DNA of 64,000 bases from assembly GCA_951406725.2 (NCBI GenBank), contig OX597817.1:129022001-129086000 (forward strand). The letters are read 5' to 3'. Made by a program: the position numbers and the translations under genes. Below the pieces are notes generated by a model, which worked only from the letters and a program-made list of their open reading frames with translations, had not been told where the DNA came from and made no database searches. The DNA comes from Octopus vulgaris. Taxonomy: Eukaryota. Numbering within the stretch: position 1 is the stretch's first letter; each line of letters starts with the position of its first letter. Positions 52,930 to 64,000 of the stretch are shown piece by piece.

Positions 52930-53574
52930 TATATATATACGCATTAGATTGGCATGCATTATATTGACATATATACAACGAGTGTATGAAGAGTCTTGAG
53001 CCTCAAAATATAAGAAAACCTGGTACAACGCTTCTGATGAAGGTACAAGACTTCAAGGCTCAAAGGCTTTGAAGGCTCAAACCTTTTCATACATCCTCTC
53101 GTGCGTGTGTATGCTTTTACATATGTAAGTGCGTATATTCGTTAGAGTATCAATATAGTTAGTGTTTTTGTAGACATGCTGCTAAAACTAAGAGACCTTA
53201 ATAATTAATGCAGATTTAATTCTCTGTTGATTTCAGAACATTCCAGTGGTCATCAGTTTTATCTCTGAATTCTTCAGATGGTGATAGTTTAAAATATTTT
53301 AAGACCTTTTGACTATTTCTTCTATATATGAAATTACTTTTTCTCTCAAGTATATGATGTCATAATTTCATATCGGTTTTGGCACGAAACCAGCAATTTT
53401 CTGGGATGAGTTAGTCGATTACATCGATCCCTGTACCCAACTGGTACTTTTTCCATTGACCCCCGAAAGGATAAAAGGTAAAGTCAATTTCGAGGAAATT
53501 TGAACACATAACGAAAAGGACAGATGTCATAATTTGATATTGCGTTAGTGTTGGTATAATATTACTGGGGGGAG

Positions 53575-53822
53575 CGGAGGCGCTTGGTTTACTGGTTAGG
53601 GTGTCAGTATCACGATCGTAAGATTGTGGTTTCGATTCCTGGACCGGGCGACGCGTTGTGTTCTTGAGCAAAACACTTCATTTCACGTTGCTCCAGTCCA
53701 CTCAGCTGGAAAAAATGAGTAACGCTGCGATGGACTGGCGTCCCGTCCATCTGGGGAACACATATGCCATTGAAACCGGGAAATCGGGCCCATGAGCCTG
53801 GCTAGGCTATAAATGGGCGCAT
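53575..53822 (+). mobile_element. SINE family C (tRNA head, CORE-like TGTGTTCTTGAGCAAAACACTT, CTGCGATGGACTGGCGTCCCGTCC)
   Basis: A-box-like TGGTTTACTGG and B-box-like GTTTCGATTCC. Reverse copies lie at 54728-54955 and, partially, at about 30085-30175. Confidence 0.75.
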
Positions 53823-54727
53823 TTATTTTATTTTTTATAATATTACTGGGGGACGTAATATTCATATAAGCACACATAGCTCTTCATCAAATAATTCTAC
53901 CATGTGGTGGGGGATAATGCAAACAAAATGGTAGAGATGTTTAGAGACAAGATTTTAGTTAGGGGTTCAGAGATGAAAGCACTGGTGCGTAGAAGAATAG
54001 TAAGAAGGGTAATTGATATGATTGATAATAATTTTCAGGTAATTTTTGTCTATTCAGGAGATGTTCATACTGGTGCAAGAACGTGTAGAATATATGTGAG
54101 CTTTTGTCCAAGAGCAAAAGCGCAAGAATTTGGCAGCGAGGTGGTGGTAAAACAGGCACAAGTATTCAGAGTTAGGCATAAGCTGGTCAGATGCAATGAA
54201 AGTGGACTTCTCATCGAAGTATATATGAATATTGGTTTCAAATTTTGACACAGAGTCAGCAATTGTGGGAGAGAGTGCAAGTCGATTATATTGGCCGCAC
54301 TGTTCAACTGGTACTTCTTTTATCCAGCCCCAAAAGATAAAAGATAAAGTTGACCCTGGCGGCATTTGAACTAAGAACGTAAAGTCGGAAGAAATACCGC
54401 TAAGCATTAGGCCCGGTGACGATTTTGCCAGTTCGCTGCCTAGTATATATGAATATCAGGAGGAATTCTGGGCGGACTTTCAGTAATACAACATTAAGTT
54501 ATGAAACCGTTGTGTATAACAACCACATCCACCACCAAAGCTTCTTTGCCATTTTCCTGCGAATTTTGCACAATTCTGTATTTAGGCATCGGCGCACTGG
54601 AGACAGTTGTGTAGAGGTCTCAGGGACCTACAGCCCCAGTTTCGGATCTATATACGCCATGGCGCTTGTTGTCAATAAGTACATACTATAGTTCTTTTTT
54701 CTTTCTTTCTTCTTTCTCGATTCATAC

Positions 54728-54955
54728 AGATTCATAAGGGTCGTTTTCCCGGTTTTTATGGCGTATATATTCCCCATCTGGACGAGATACCGGTCCATCG
54801 CAGGATTACACATTTTTGCTGGCTGAGTGGACTGGTGCAACGTGAAATGAAGTGTTTTGCTCAAGAATACAATGCATCACCCCATCCAGTAATCGAAGCA
54901 ACAATCTTACGATCACCAGTTCAATTCCTTAAAAACTAAGCCACGCGCCTCCACT
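54728..54955 (-). mobile_element. SINE family C
   Basis: Reverse-complement homolog of 53575-53822. Confidence 0.75.
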
Positions 54956-55968
54956 GCATTGATTTACTAGAGGTTTACAATACAGCTAAACGGTTCTGTT
55001 TTCGCGCGAGAATTGACCTCATTAGAAAAATATCATGGAAGAACCACAGAATCAGAAGGAAATAAAAATAATAAGGTTGCGAGAAACAGTACAGAAAAAC
55101 CAACATTTTGAACAATTTCAAGAAAGCCTAAAATAATATTTACCTCATTCGCCAATGCGAGTAACGTTTACTTGCATGTGGAAGACGAAAAATATCTTGT
55201 AAATCATTCTAACAATCTCATGGGCTTTAATTCAGAATGCAATAGTGCTCCAGCATGACCACAGCCACCTGGCTGAAACACATAGAAGAATAAAAGAATA
55301 TAGCTACTAATTTCAACATCGCAGATAGAGTGCTGAAAAGCTATGCTTAAGAAAAAAAGGGAGAAAATCGGTTTTTACCAACAAAATTCAAAAGCTTTTC
55401 TACATACCATTAATGAACCATGTCATACCACTACAACACTAAGTAAGTAAAACAATCCTTGATACGATCATGTCAATAATTAAGAACCACTCCCGCCAAA
55501 CACTAACGTACAATACCAACTCAATCATCAAATTTTTTCAAATGCAAACAAGTTAGAGAAGTTTACAAGTGTACCTTCGGACCATGAAGAGGTGTGAATT
55601 ACGCGAAATTGAGAGAATGTAAGAATTTCGTAGCTTACTACATGAACAATGACTTTATACAATCCCTCAAATATTGTAATATACGCGTAAGCTATTGAAG
55701 ATATTTTAACAGAAAGGAGAGTTTTTATTACAACTGTTACCGTTTATTCACCAGGGACTCATAACTAATAGGACTGTCTTTTCTACTCACTTTTTACAAA
55801 TCAACGGATACCAGTTCCATGCCATAGAGCACATTTGAGATTATTATTTCTTTATTCCACGAATGTATGTGTGTACACACACACATATATACACATATAC
55901 ATACATACATTACATACATACATTGCATACATACATACATACATACATACATTGCATACATACATACA

Positions 55969-56000
<32 letters not shown>

Positions 56001-56027
56001 GAGAGAGATTTGTCTGAGTGAGTGTGT

Positions 56028-56089
<62 letters not shown>

Positions 56090-56837
56090 ATATATAAATT
56101 TATTTACATTTACACCAGCGAAAATCTTTTTCACTCCACAAGAACACTCATTCCTTCATACGCGTTTTACATTCTCATATGTCCATAAACAGACGCATTG
56201 ACGAAGCTCTATTAACGCACTCGTACACCAACACTTAAGCACACGCACTTTCACTTCCCCTTCCCACCTCACAATTCCCATCAATTTACACCGAAACAAT
56301 TGAACATACACGCGCCCTTACGCCAATATTTGCATCCATGAATACAAATTAACAGACGACAAATTAATTAAGCGAACAACTACCAGTCGCAATTGTAAAC
56401 GTATACATTATCACTGTTTTATCATTGAGAGTTTTCTCTACATTTGCTCCAGTACTCGCCACAATGGGTGCCGCTTTGTCTCTTTATCTCGCCGCTTGCC
56501 TTTGTCCATCTCTATATTCGAACATCTGTGTACCCTCCATCCTACTCACACTCACTCACTCACCAACGCTGAGACAATAAATTACACCCCCACCCATCCA
56601 CCAAAATTCACATATTCCTTCTATAAATAGAAAAATGCTACCCAGTTAATACATAAATGTTTTATCAATAAAATCTTTCACAATTGATTTATGGTTCAAT
56701 GCATACGTTTCTCTTCTTCTCTTTGACCGTTTGCTTTCATCCATCCGCATCTATGCACCCATGTACTCATCACCCTTCAGCTACATGCCTTCACATGTAT
56801 ACTGTTTTATGCAGTCAATAAAAAAAAAGAATAAAAC

Positions 56838-56992
56838 AGCGCAGGAGTGGCTGTGTGGTTACGGGTTCAGTCCCACTGCGTGGCACCTTGGGCAAGTGTC
56901 TTCTACTATGACCTCGGGCCGACCAAAGCCTTGTGAGTGGATTTGGTAGACGGAAACTGAAAAGAAGCCCGTCGTATATATGTGTATATGTA

Positions 56993-57058
<66 letters not shown>

Positions 57059-57275
57059 TGTGTGTGTTTGTGTGTCTGTGTTTGTCCCCCTAGCATTGCT
57101 TGACAACCGATGCTGGTGTGTTTATGTCCCCGTTACTTAGCGGTTCGGCAAAAGAGACCGATAGAATAAGTACTGGACTTACAAAAGAATAAGTCCCGGG
57201 GTCGAGTTGCTCGATTAAAGGTGGTGCTCCAGCATGGCCGCAGTCAAATGACTGAAACAAGTAAAAGAGTAAAAA
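56838..57275 (+). mobile_element. SINE family A with a deletion in the head
   Basis: Homologous to 63311-63720. Confidence 0.85.
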
Positions 57276-57567
57276 AAAGAGTAAGGAGAGTATCTACTAC
57301 TTAACTCTGATTGTTTAATTATTGCTTACTATATTCTTCATAAAAAAAATTTGATTTCTTAAATACAGCGAATTGTCAATTGGTCCCACGAAATATCACA
57401 GCCTGCAAAAATCACGAGATGAAAGTGACAATATTGAAATTTGCATTACAGGCGTTGCACACGTACGCGCGCGCACACACACACACACACAAACACGCAG
57501 GCATATATATACATACGTGTGCGTGTATAAACATATATACATGCACACACACAGGAACATACATACA

Positions 57568-57657
<90 letters not shown>

Positions 57658-57826
57658 TTAAATAGACTTATAGACTTTTCTGAATACGTTTAAAACAGAT
57701 ATAATTTTAATTTGTATAAATAATAAACGTAATTAAAACTTGCATTACCCAAGTGAATTGAATAGGAGAAAGAAGAAAAATGTTGATTCAATCAACAAAA
57801 CTTAGCAACCGTTAAAAGTATAAATT

Positions 57827-58141
57827 AACAAGAGCATTTAGAGAGCGCAAAACTCCACCAAAGCAACACCAACGTCCTCTCAACGATTAAACGGAGATGA
57901 TTTTTAAAATGAGAATATCTGCAATAAATTCGACTGCTCTTACAAACGAGAATACTAAAAATGAACCCGACCTCTCTCAAAAATTAAGTAAAAAAACTTA
58001 ATTCGTACGTGCCAGTCACGAGGCCAAACATCCCTGAAAGTTTCATCCGAATCCATCCAGCGGTTCTTGAGATATCTTGTCCATGAACAAACAAACACGA
58101 CTGAAAACAATACCTCTGCCTTTTTCCTAAGGCGGAGGTAA
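57827..58141 (-). mobile_element. HINE-like element, copy 3
   Basis: Reverse complement of 346-715 with an internal deletion. Confidence 0.7.
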
Positions 58142-58378
58142 TAACGTAAAATATGCGAAGTCGCATGTACTGTGCGAAAAATTCAAAATACGGTCCTGCA
58201 GATTGAATACTGAAGTGATTTATTAATTCTGTAGATCTATGTGAGTGTGACTTGCCCTTGATATAGAGGGCATCTAGAATGTGCGTGTGCCTGTGACAGA
58301 TCCTCTGCGCTCCATTTGTAGCGGGCAAATATTCATGAAAATTGTTTTTGTGAGAAAAGTAAATATAATCATAGATAT

Positions 58379-59202
58379 ATGAGGTGGTATCATAGATATA
58401 TGAGGTAGCACATGGTTTTCGTGCGCAGTGAGAGCTAGCAGTTTCCTTAATGAAGCAGTGTGCCGAGGGACATCGCTGTATTTACTTCGCAAGTTGTCAA
58501 ATTTGTGTTTTTGTGATCACGTATATGTTGTAGACTGCGATTTTTTCATGAACAAGGAAGTTGAAGCAAAGAGCCAACGTGAAATTTTTCGTTAAACTTG
58601 GCTAGACTGCGATAAAGTCATTAAGCATGCTGCAACAAGCTTAAGGCTACGAGTCAATGTCTCGAAGCAATGTTTGGAGTAGCACGACCGCTTCAAAAGC
58701 GGAAGAGTATCCCTGGGGGACGATGAGCGATTTGGAAGATCCATCACGGGTATCACCCCCCAGAAATGTGATATTGTGCGTCGAGAATTCATTCCTTAGG
58801 GTCAGGCCTCCAATCGAGAGTTCTACTGCGACGCTTTGAAGCATTTGAGAGAGGGCATTCATGAAAGCGACCGTTCTGTGGAGTGCGAAGAATTAGATTC
58901 TTCAGTGAGCTCTCCTCACTCGTGATTTATTCGAAAAAAAAAAACAATTTGGTATCGCTTCCGTGCCCGCCCTATTCGCTAGATTTAGCCCTTGCGGACT
59001 TCCATCTCTTCTCCAAGATGAAGTCGCTGTTTTAACAGAAAAAAAATTACTTCCCGGCCAGATTCCGAAAGTGGCAGGAACGTTGGGACCGGTGTGTTGC
59101 TGTGCAAGGTGACTATTTCGAATATGATGTTAAAACTTAGAGATAAATAAGTTATTTTTTTATTAAATATAATTAGTCCAGAAACCTCTTGATACCATCT
59201 TG
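58379..59202 (+). mobile_element. Internally deleted mariner remnant
   Basis: QRANVKFFVKLG (about 58567-58602) and PPYSLDLALADFHLFSKMK (about 58967-59023). Ends are TATGAGGTGGTATCA and TGATACCATCTTGT. Confidence 0.8.
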
Positions 59203-59780
59203 TTGTCTGTCCATGAAAAAAAAATTAACAAACGGGATCGAGTATATATTTTTTCTGGCCTAAGTGATCTAGACTAAAAAAACAACTCGGATACAGAGGT
59301 TTATGTACTGCCAGAAATTTACTTCATCAATTCTGTGTTATAAGATTAACACAACTGCATCTGTGTCACTTAGAATGAATGATGACAACGAAATAATAAA
59401 GTCGATAAATAAATAATTGAGTCGATAAATTAAGTACCAGTTGTCTACTGGCGTCGATCTAATCGACTGGCCCGCTCCCCCAAAATTTCGGGCCTTGTGA
59501 GTAGAGTAGAAAAGGATATATGTATCTGAGCGTATGTGCGTATGCATGTATGTACATAGCTCGACTCATTCATCGCTTTGGTCGTTAAGAGTAAAGCAGT
59601 ATAGAACTGAGCAGCATAATAAAGTCTTTCACTTATGGAGACGGAAAAAGTTTATTTACACTAGGACGCGTGCATGATTTTAAACACACGGGCACACACA
59701 CACACACACACACACGCACACACACATATATATCTACTTACATAAACATATATATATATATGTAAATATATATATATACA

Positions 59781-59886
<106 letters not shown>

Positions 59887-60045
59887 TATGTATATATATG
59901 TATATATATATATATATATCTGTGTGTGTGTATGTGCATGTGTACACAGACACACAAGTGAGTAAATATTCAAATGAATACTCGTAAAGATATTATTCTT
60001 AGCAGCGGCAAATCTAAATTAATAATAACAATAATATTAGTGGCA

Positions 60046-60111
<66 letters not shown>

Positions 60112-60525
60112 CAAGAGATTTGTTGTGTATGGAAACTAGAGAATGCCATTACATATTCCTCTCTCCATTTTCCTCCGTCTCCCTAAAAACCTCGTTTGTT
60201 TTTCACCACCCTTAGTTCTGTAGCCACACCACCAGTTCGACCCCTACACCTCCGTCTCCATCACTCTCTTCCACCATATTATTTACTTCTCCATATCTAA
60301 TTGAAAGCAATGCTTCAGAGGGTACACATCGCACAATAATCTTCAGAAGGCAAACGAAAGCGACGCGCCATTATCGTTAATTCACCCCATTGGCTGGTCA
60401 CACGCACACTAACGCAGAAAACATTCGCACACGCAGAAGGATTTTACCTAGAAGCACACACCCACCCAGATATTGACAAACGCGTAGTCAGACACATACA
60501 TATTTTATCGTCCTGTCTCTTCCCC

Positions 60526-60589
<64 letters not shown>

Positions 60590-60593
60590 TGTA

Positions 60594-60662
<69 letters not shown>

Positions 60663-61178
60663 AAAAATCAGACCCTCTTTCACAAGCCCTCTCTCTGTTT
60701 CTTGGGGGCACTGTAACTCTTATTCATTCTTTTCTTTACACACACACACACACGCACACACACACATGCACACACACGCGCACACACGCACACACACACG
60801 CGCACACACACACGCGTATAAAAAGTTCGAACTTCAGATACACATTAGCGTGTATGATGAGTTTTGTACATATAATGTCCGTATATATATATATCCAGAA
60901 AAAGAATTATATCAGAGCTTTGATGCATATGTATATAGTATAGCTCCTTATACACTTTTCAAAAGTTTATACATACATATATATGCAACTGCACCACCAC
61001 CCCACACACACACATATAATCGTTAATGGCCGATCACTGGTGAGGAGTTGGGACCTTCCGTGTCTATTTTCCGTTTGTCTGTGCATTTACTCTATGTTCT
61101 TTAGATTGATATTTTGTCTGTTTTTTTTGTTTGTGCACTTACTATATATGTTTTTTAACACACACATATATATATATG

Positions 61179-62056
61179 TTGGGTCATCCTATAAATAATG
61201 CGGTTTTTTCAATTGCATGAACTAAACGTCGTAGGAGAACGGGATAAACTACCTCCATCAACTTGCTGTAAAAGCAAGTAGTAATTTTACCTTATGCTTA
61301 TTCTTAGTGCATGTTTTGAAGAGTGCTGTTCGATTTTAACAGTTGGAGCATATTTGGCATATTTTGCTTTATGAGTTCAATAAAAGCAGAACTCAACTGA
61401 AATCACAAGGAATATTAATGCAGTATAAGGGGATCGGAGAGTAAGAGTAAGCCAGTGTCAACGGTGGTTCCAGAAATTCTGAACCGAAAACTACTGCCTC
61501 GAAGACGACCCTCGTCCTGGAAAATCTGTAGAACTCAACGAAGACGTCTTGCAAATCCTGGTGGAACAAAATTCCATCGTAACTGTTGAGGAACTAGCAG
61601 AGAAGCTTGGATTTGGTCATTCAACTAGTCATTCAAGTCAGTGCTAAAAGAAAGACGACCATCTTTGGTTTCAAGATGAAAGCTTTCTTCCATTAGAATA
61701 ATGCTTGGCCACATACAGCGAGGATGACATTCCAAAGGTTGGGGCAGAATGAATGGGAAATGATGCCCCACCCACCATATTCGCTGGACATTGCCCCCAT
61801 CTGATTATCATTTATTCTGCAGTCTTCAAAATCATTTGGATGGGAAAATATGAATTCTGTAGACAAGATCAGAATAGTACTGGAGTAGCATTTTTCGTCA
61901 CGGACAGGTGAATTTTGTGAAAAAAAGGCGCCTTTCAAGTCTACAAGATAGATGGAAGGGAATTGTACAAAATGAAAGTGAGTATATGTTAGATTTAAAA
62001 AGAACTTTGTTTATCTTAATCTTGAAAAATAAAAGAAGTATAAAAAAAGACCCGAT
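61179..62056 (+). mobile_element. Internally deleted mariner remnant
   Basis: TIR TTGGGTCATCCTATAAATAATGCGGTTTTTT. Peptides ILLYEFNK, QCQRWFQKF, EDDPRPGK, NNAWPHTA and PHPPYSLDIAP/SDYHLF. Confidence 0.85.
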
Positions 62057-62082
62057 ATATACATATATATATATATATATAT

Positions 62083-63260
62083 ACTAGCATTAAAGACCCG
62101 TCGTTGCCGGGTCATAGTGCTAGTGCATGTATATATGTGTATATATATGTGTACATACTACATGTACATCTATATATATATACATCTACACATAAAATAC
62201 AAAATACAAAGTTATATCTTGATATCGCTAGTGATAACAATACTCAAAATATATAACAGACTGGAATTGTTAGCCCGTCTCTTGTGATTTCGATCAATTG
62301 TATCTTGTCCTCCCTCTTGTATAGAAATATAGCTACAATCCAGCCTACCTCTACTTCTGGAGGAGGGAGGGCATTTAAAATGTTTTTCCGGGACGTCCTA
62401 CGTCCCAGATATAAAGGTAAAAATAAGATATTTCCACTTTGCAAGTTCAAGTCGAGTACTCCCTCGCACGCTCCGTTGACTCGAACCTTGCTTCTATTGT
62501 GGCGAATTTACCGCCTCTGATTAGATACCTTTCATAGTCGCACCAAGACACTTTTCGAAGGTGCATTCCTCCATGTGTTCAAATCGTCTTTTTTCTCTAC
62601 ATTGTATACTTTATAGACAGTAGTCTTTTCTTTAATTTAATTTTTTATTATCCATCTGGACTATTCCATTTCTGCAAGCTAATCTTATTTTTAATTTATT
62701 CCCATTCATGTGAAACCACTTATTCAAGTTTAGGTCATTGATGCAATTTTATACCAATTGCTATTTTTACTTTTGTTATGTTACGATTATATTATACTTT
62801 AGTTTGATTTTTATTATTACTTGCTACATATAATTCAACTGTTATTTTTATTTTTATTGTTAAAGTGAAAGTATCTGACATAAAATAGAGAAACGTTTTT
62901 GTTTCACTTTTAACACGTAATACTGAAATAGTGGAGAAAATATGATATTGCTATGGGCTCGCTCTAGACAAGAAATTGAACATTTTTTTCCCATGAAACT
63001 ACATGGACCCTAAGTAAGGCATGTGTAAAACTTAAATGGAATTGGTTGTGTAGTTCTCAAGTTTTAGGGAATCGTAGTGGAGAAAATATGATATTGCTGT
63101 GGGCTCGCCCTAGGCAAAAAGTTCAACATTCTTTTTTGCCAATGACACTCCCCGGACCCTAAGTAAGGCATGTGTAAAATTTGAATGAAATTGGTTGTGT
63201 AGTTCTCAAGTTTTAGGGAAACACACAGACAGACACACATTCCCAGTTTTATATATATAA

Positions 63261-63264
<4 letters not shown>
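62083..63264 (+). mobile_element. Non-autonomous Helitron-like (Lep1/DINE-type) element with an about 147-bp internal tandem duplication
   Basis: One end is ACTAGCA...GACCCG-TCGTTGC-CGGGTC (hairpin), the other is CAGACAGACACACATTCCCAGTTTTATATATATAAAGAT. Duplicated units lie at about 62929-63075 and 63076-63221. The middle part may be unrelated. Confidence 0.55.
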
Positions 63265-63310
<46 letters not shown>

Positions 63311-63313
<3 letters not shown>

Positions 63314-63720
63314 GCGCAGGAGTGGCTGTGTGGTAAGTAGCTTGCTAACCAACCACATGGTTCCGGGTTCAGTCCCACTGCGTGGCATCTTGGGCAAGTG
63401 TCTTCTGCTATAGCCCCGGGCCGACCAATGCCTTGTGAGTGGATTTGGTAGACGGAAACTGAAAGAGGCCTGTCGTATATATGTATATATATATATATGT
63501 ATGTGTGTTTGTTTGTGTTTGTGTTTGTCTCCCTAGCATTGCTTGACAACCGATGCTGGTGTGTTTATGTCCCCGTTACTTAGCGGTTCGGCAAAAGAGA
63601 CCGATAGAATAAGTACTGGGCTTACAAAAAGAATAAGTCCCGGGGTCGAGTTGCTCGATTAAAGGCGGTGCTCCAGCATGGCCGCAGTCAAATGACTGAA
63701 ACAAGTAAAAGAGTAAAAGA
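63311..63720 (+). mobile_element. SINE family A, full-length young copy
   Basis: GGCGCAGGAGTGGCTGTGTGGTAAG..GGGTTCAGTCCC..CTTGGGCAAGT..(TA)(TG)..GACTGAAACAAGTAAAAGAGTAAAAGA. Confidence 0.9.
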
Positions 63721-63744
63721 ATATATATATATATATATATATAT

Positions 63745-63954
63745 AGTAAAGGCTATTTGCCAACATAATGTGGCTATCCCGTTTTAGCCTCAAGAAACAT
63801 CATTTCTGGCTGGCTATACGACACACTATCTGTGACCTTATATTTTCGAACAGGGAGCCCAGCATTGCCATTAATGAGCTTCCTATAGCCAGCTAGAAAC
63901 AGTAACATTGGCCCTTTCAGGACAGCCACATTATGTTGGCAAATAGCCTTTACT
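63745..63954. mobile_element. MITE-like foldback with a 31-bp perfect terminal inverted repeat
   Basis: AGTAAAGGCTATTTGCCAACATAATGTGGCT (63745-63775) and its reverse complement (63924-63954). The inner imperfect inverted pair is TTTCTGGCTGGCTATA / TATAGCCAGCTAGAAA. Confidence 0.7.
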
Positions 63955-64000
63955 TTAAAGGACTGTTACTGAATGTCTCTCTTTGAGAGATCTAGAAGTA

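Noticed and set aside
53880-54230. Possible CR1/L2 3' remnant (LCLFYHH on the minus strand) or 114-aa plus-strand ORF
   Set aside because: Similarity is too weak to support either call.
63311-63390. tRNA genes in SINE heads (also 53575-53650)
   Set aside because: They have A/B boxes but no clean cloverleaf, and they continue into SINE bodies present in many copies.

Overview
This window is repeat-saturated, AT-rich animal genomic DNA. I found no supportable host protein-coding gene. The SINE families and the extreme (TA)n/(CA)n/(TAGA)n microsatellite density suggest an octopus-type cephalopod, which is an inference. The only long intact ORF (40825-43044, minus) is a young, 5'-truncated Penelope-like retroelement (PLE) encoding RT plus a C-terminal GIY-YIG endonuclease. 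It sits in the (TA)n tract of a SINE and has a perfect 130-bp inverted terminal segment. That segment starts within about 3 nt of the predicted cleavage site of a variant hammerhead ribozyme in the element's own 3' pLTR. At least 7 more minimal type-I hammerhead-like motifs, several with recurrent core variants, are scattered through the window in small microsatellite-anchored direct or foldback repeats. Other content: a decayed pogo-like transposon with a C-terminal PHD finger, four mariner remnants, RTE and R4/Dong-like LINE remnants, an older decayed PLE, Helitron/Helentron-type non-autonomous elements, three SINE families and a 3.2-kb A/T-tract foldback satellite. Most ORFs in the supplied track are microsatellite artefacts. 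All calls were read by eye without database searches.
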